A stretch of DNA of 32,000 nucleotides, taken from Vibrio cholerae ATCC 14035 (GTDB lineage: Bacteria > Pseudomonadota > Gammaproteobacteria > Enterobacterales > Vibrionaceae). Position numbers and translations under genes: made by a program. The notes beneath the pieces were generated by a model. The model made no database searches. It saw nothing but the letters and a program-made list of their open reading frames with translations, and was not told the DNA's origin. The stretch covers positions 145,974 through 177,973 of the forward strand of contig NZ_JHXR01000011.1 of assembly GCF_000621645.1 (NCBI RefSeq), given 5' to 3'. Shown here piece after piece: positions 31,690 to 32,000 of the stretch (position 1 is its first letter; every line of letters starts with the position of its first letter).

Positions 31690-32000
31690 ATAAGCCCCCT
31701 AAAAGGGGGCCACGGCGCTGTTAGTCTCTCAATAACTCTAACTGCTGCTCTTGCTCAAGCTCTTTTTTGTCTTGATGCCGTACATACCGTCTAATGATTT
31801 CTTCATTTACACCTACCGTATCCACAAAATAGCCTCGCGCCCAAAAATGATTTCCCCATAACTTTTTCCTGATATGTCGAAACTTGTTGAATAGCCTAAT
31901 TGCACTCCTACCCTTTAAAACTCCCATCAACGTCGAAATCGATACTTTGGGCGGAATTATCGCAACTAAGTGGACATGATCTGGCTGAACATTGAGTTCC
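31690..32000 (-). mobile_element. IS200/IS605-family insertion sequence (IS1004-like), right-end portion; continues beyond window
   Basis: Contains the tnpA 3' part plus a subterminal hairpin gccccc/gggggc (31694..31710), 10 nt (31711..31720) past the tnpA stop codon, as expected for the hairpin-bearing ends of this family. The exact boundary is not determinable. This family makes no inverted repeats or target duplications. Confidence 0.7.
31721..32000 (-). CDS. tnpA: IS200-type Y1 (HUH) transposase TnpA, N-terminus outside window
   Basis: The track ORF starts at an internal TTG (31930), but the same frame stays open to the window edge: ELNVQPDHVHLVAIIPPKVSISTLMGVLKGRSAIRLF...NHFWARGYFVDTVG... 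HVHL is the HUH motif and RGYFVDTVG carries the catalytic Tyr. The sequence is colinear with Salmonella IS200 TnpA (...DHIHMLLEIPPKMSVSSFMGYLKGKSS...FWCRGYYVDTVG..., recall). Confidence 0.85.
   Translation of the reverse strand, partial: ELNVQPDHVHLVAIIPPKVSISTLMGVLKGRSAIRLFNKFRHIRKKLWGNHFWARGYFVDTVGVNEEIIRRYVRHQDKKELEQEQQLELLRD

Overview
This window reads as a conserved core chromosomal segment of a Vibrio-type gammaproteobacterium. Protein sequences and gene order look like Vibrio cholerae chromosome I, but that assignment is from recall, not a search.

- **Left third:** prkB-yheU-yheT-(TIGR02444/DUF2390-like ORF)-yheS lie on the minus strand. Divergent from them are kefG-kefB-yheV, followed by slyD and iaaA.
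- **Middle:** purA, then a secreted Sel1-repeat protein convergent with a YejM/PbgA-like membrane protein, then rnr-rlmB.
- **Right half (17.3-31 kb):** the complete S10 (rpsJ..rpsQ), spc (rplN..rpmJ, including secY) and alpha (rpsM..rplQ) ribosomal-protein operons. Candidate promoters with GC-rich discriminators, leaders and terminators are visible. rpmD and rpmJ are missing from the ORF track because they are under 60 aa, and I added them by hand.
- **Right edge:** a DUF2780-like secreted protein and the 3' part of an IS200/IS605-family (IS1004-like) tnpA that runs off the window.

I found no CRISPR array, defence island, toxin-antitoxin pair, prophage or other accessory system that I can support. 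I do not think this window holds a clear novel system.

The items most worth a second look are modest:
- an uncharacterised ORF translationally coupled between the ABC-F gene yheS and yheT;
- a two-gene replacement of nsrR between purA and rnr;
- the IS200-family insertion next to the alpha operon;
- two small intergenic repeat arrays;
- terminator-like structure in the spc and S10 leaders.
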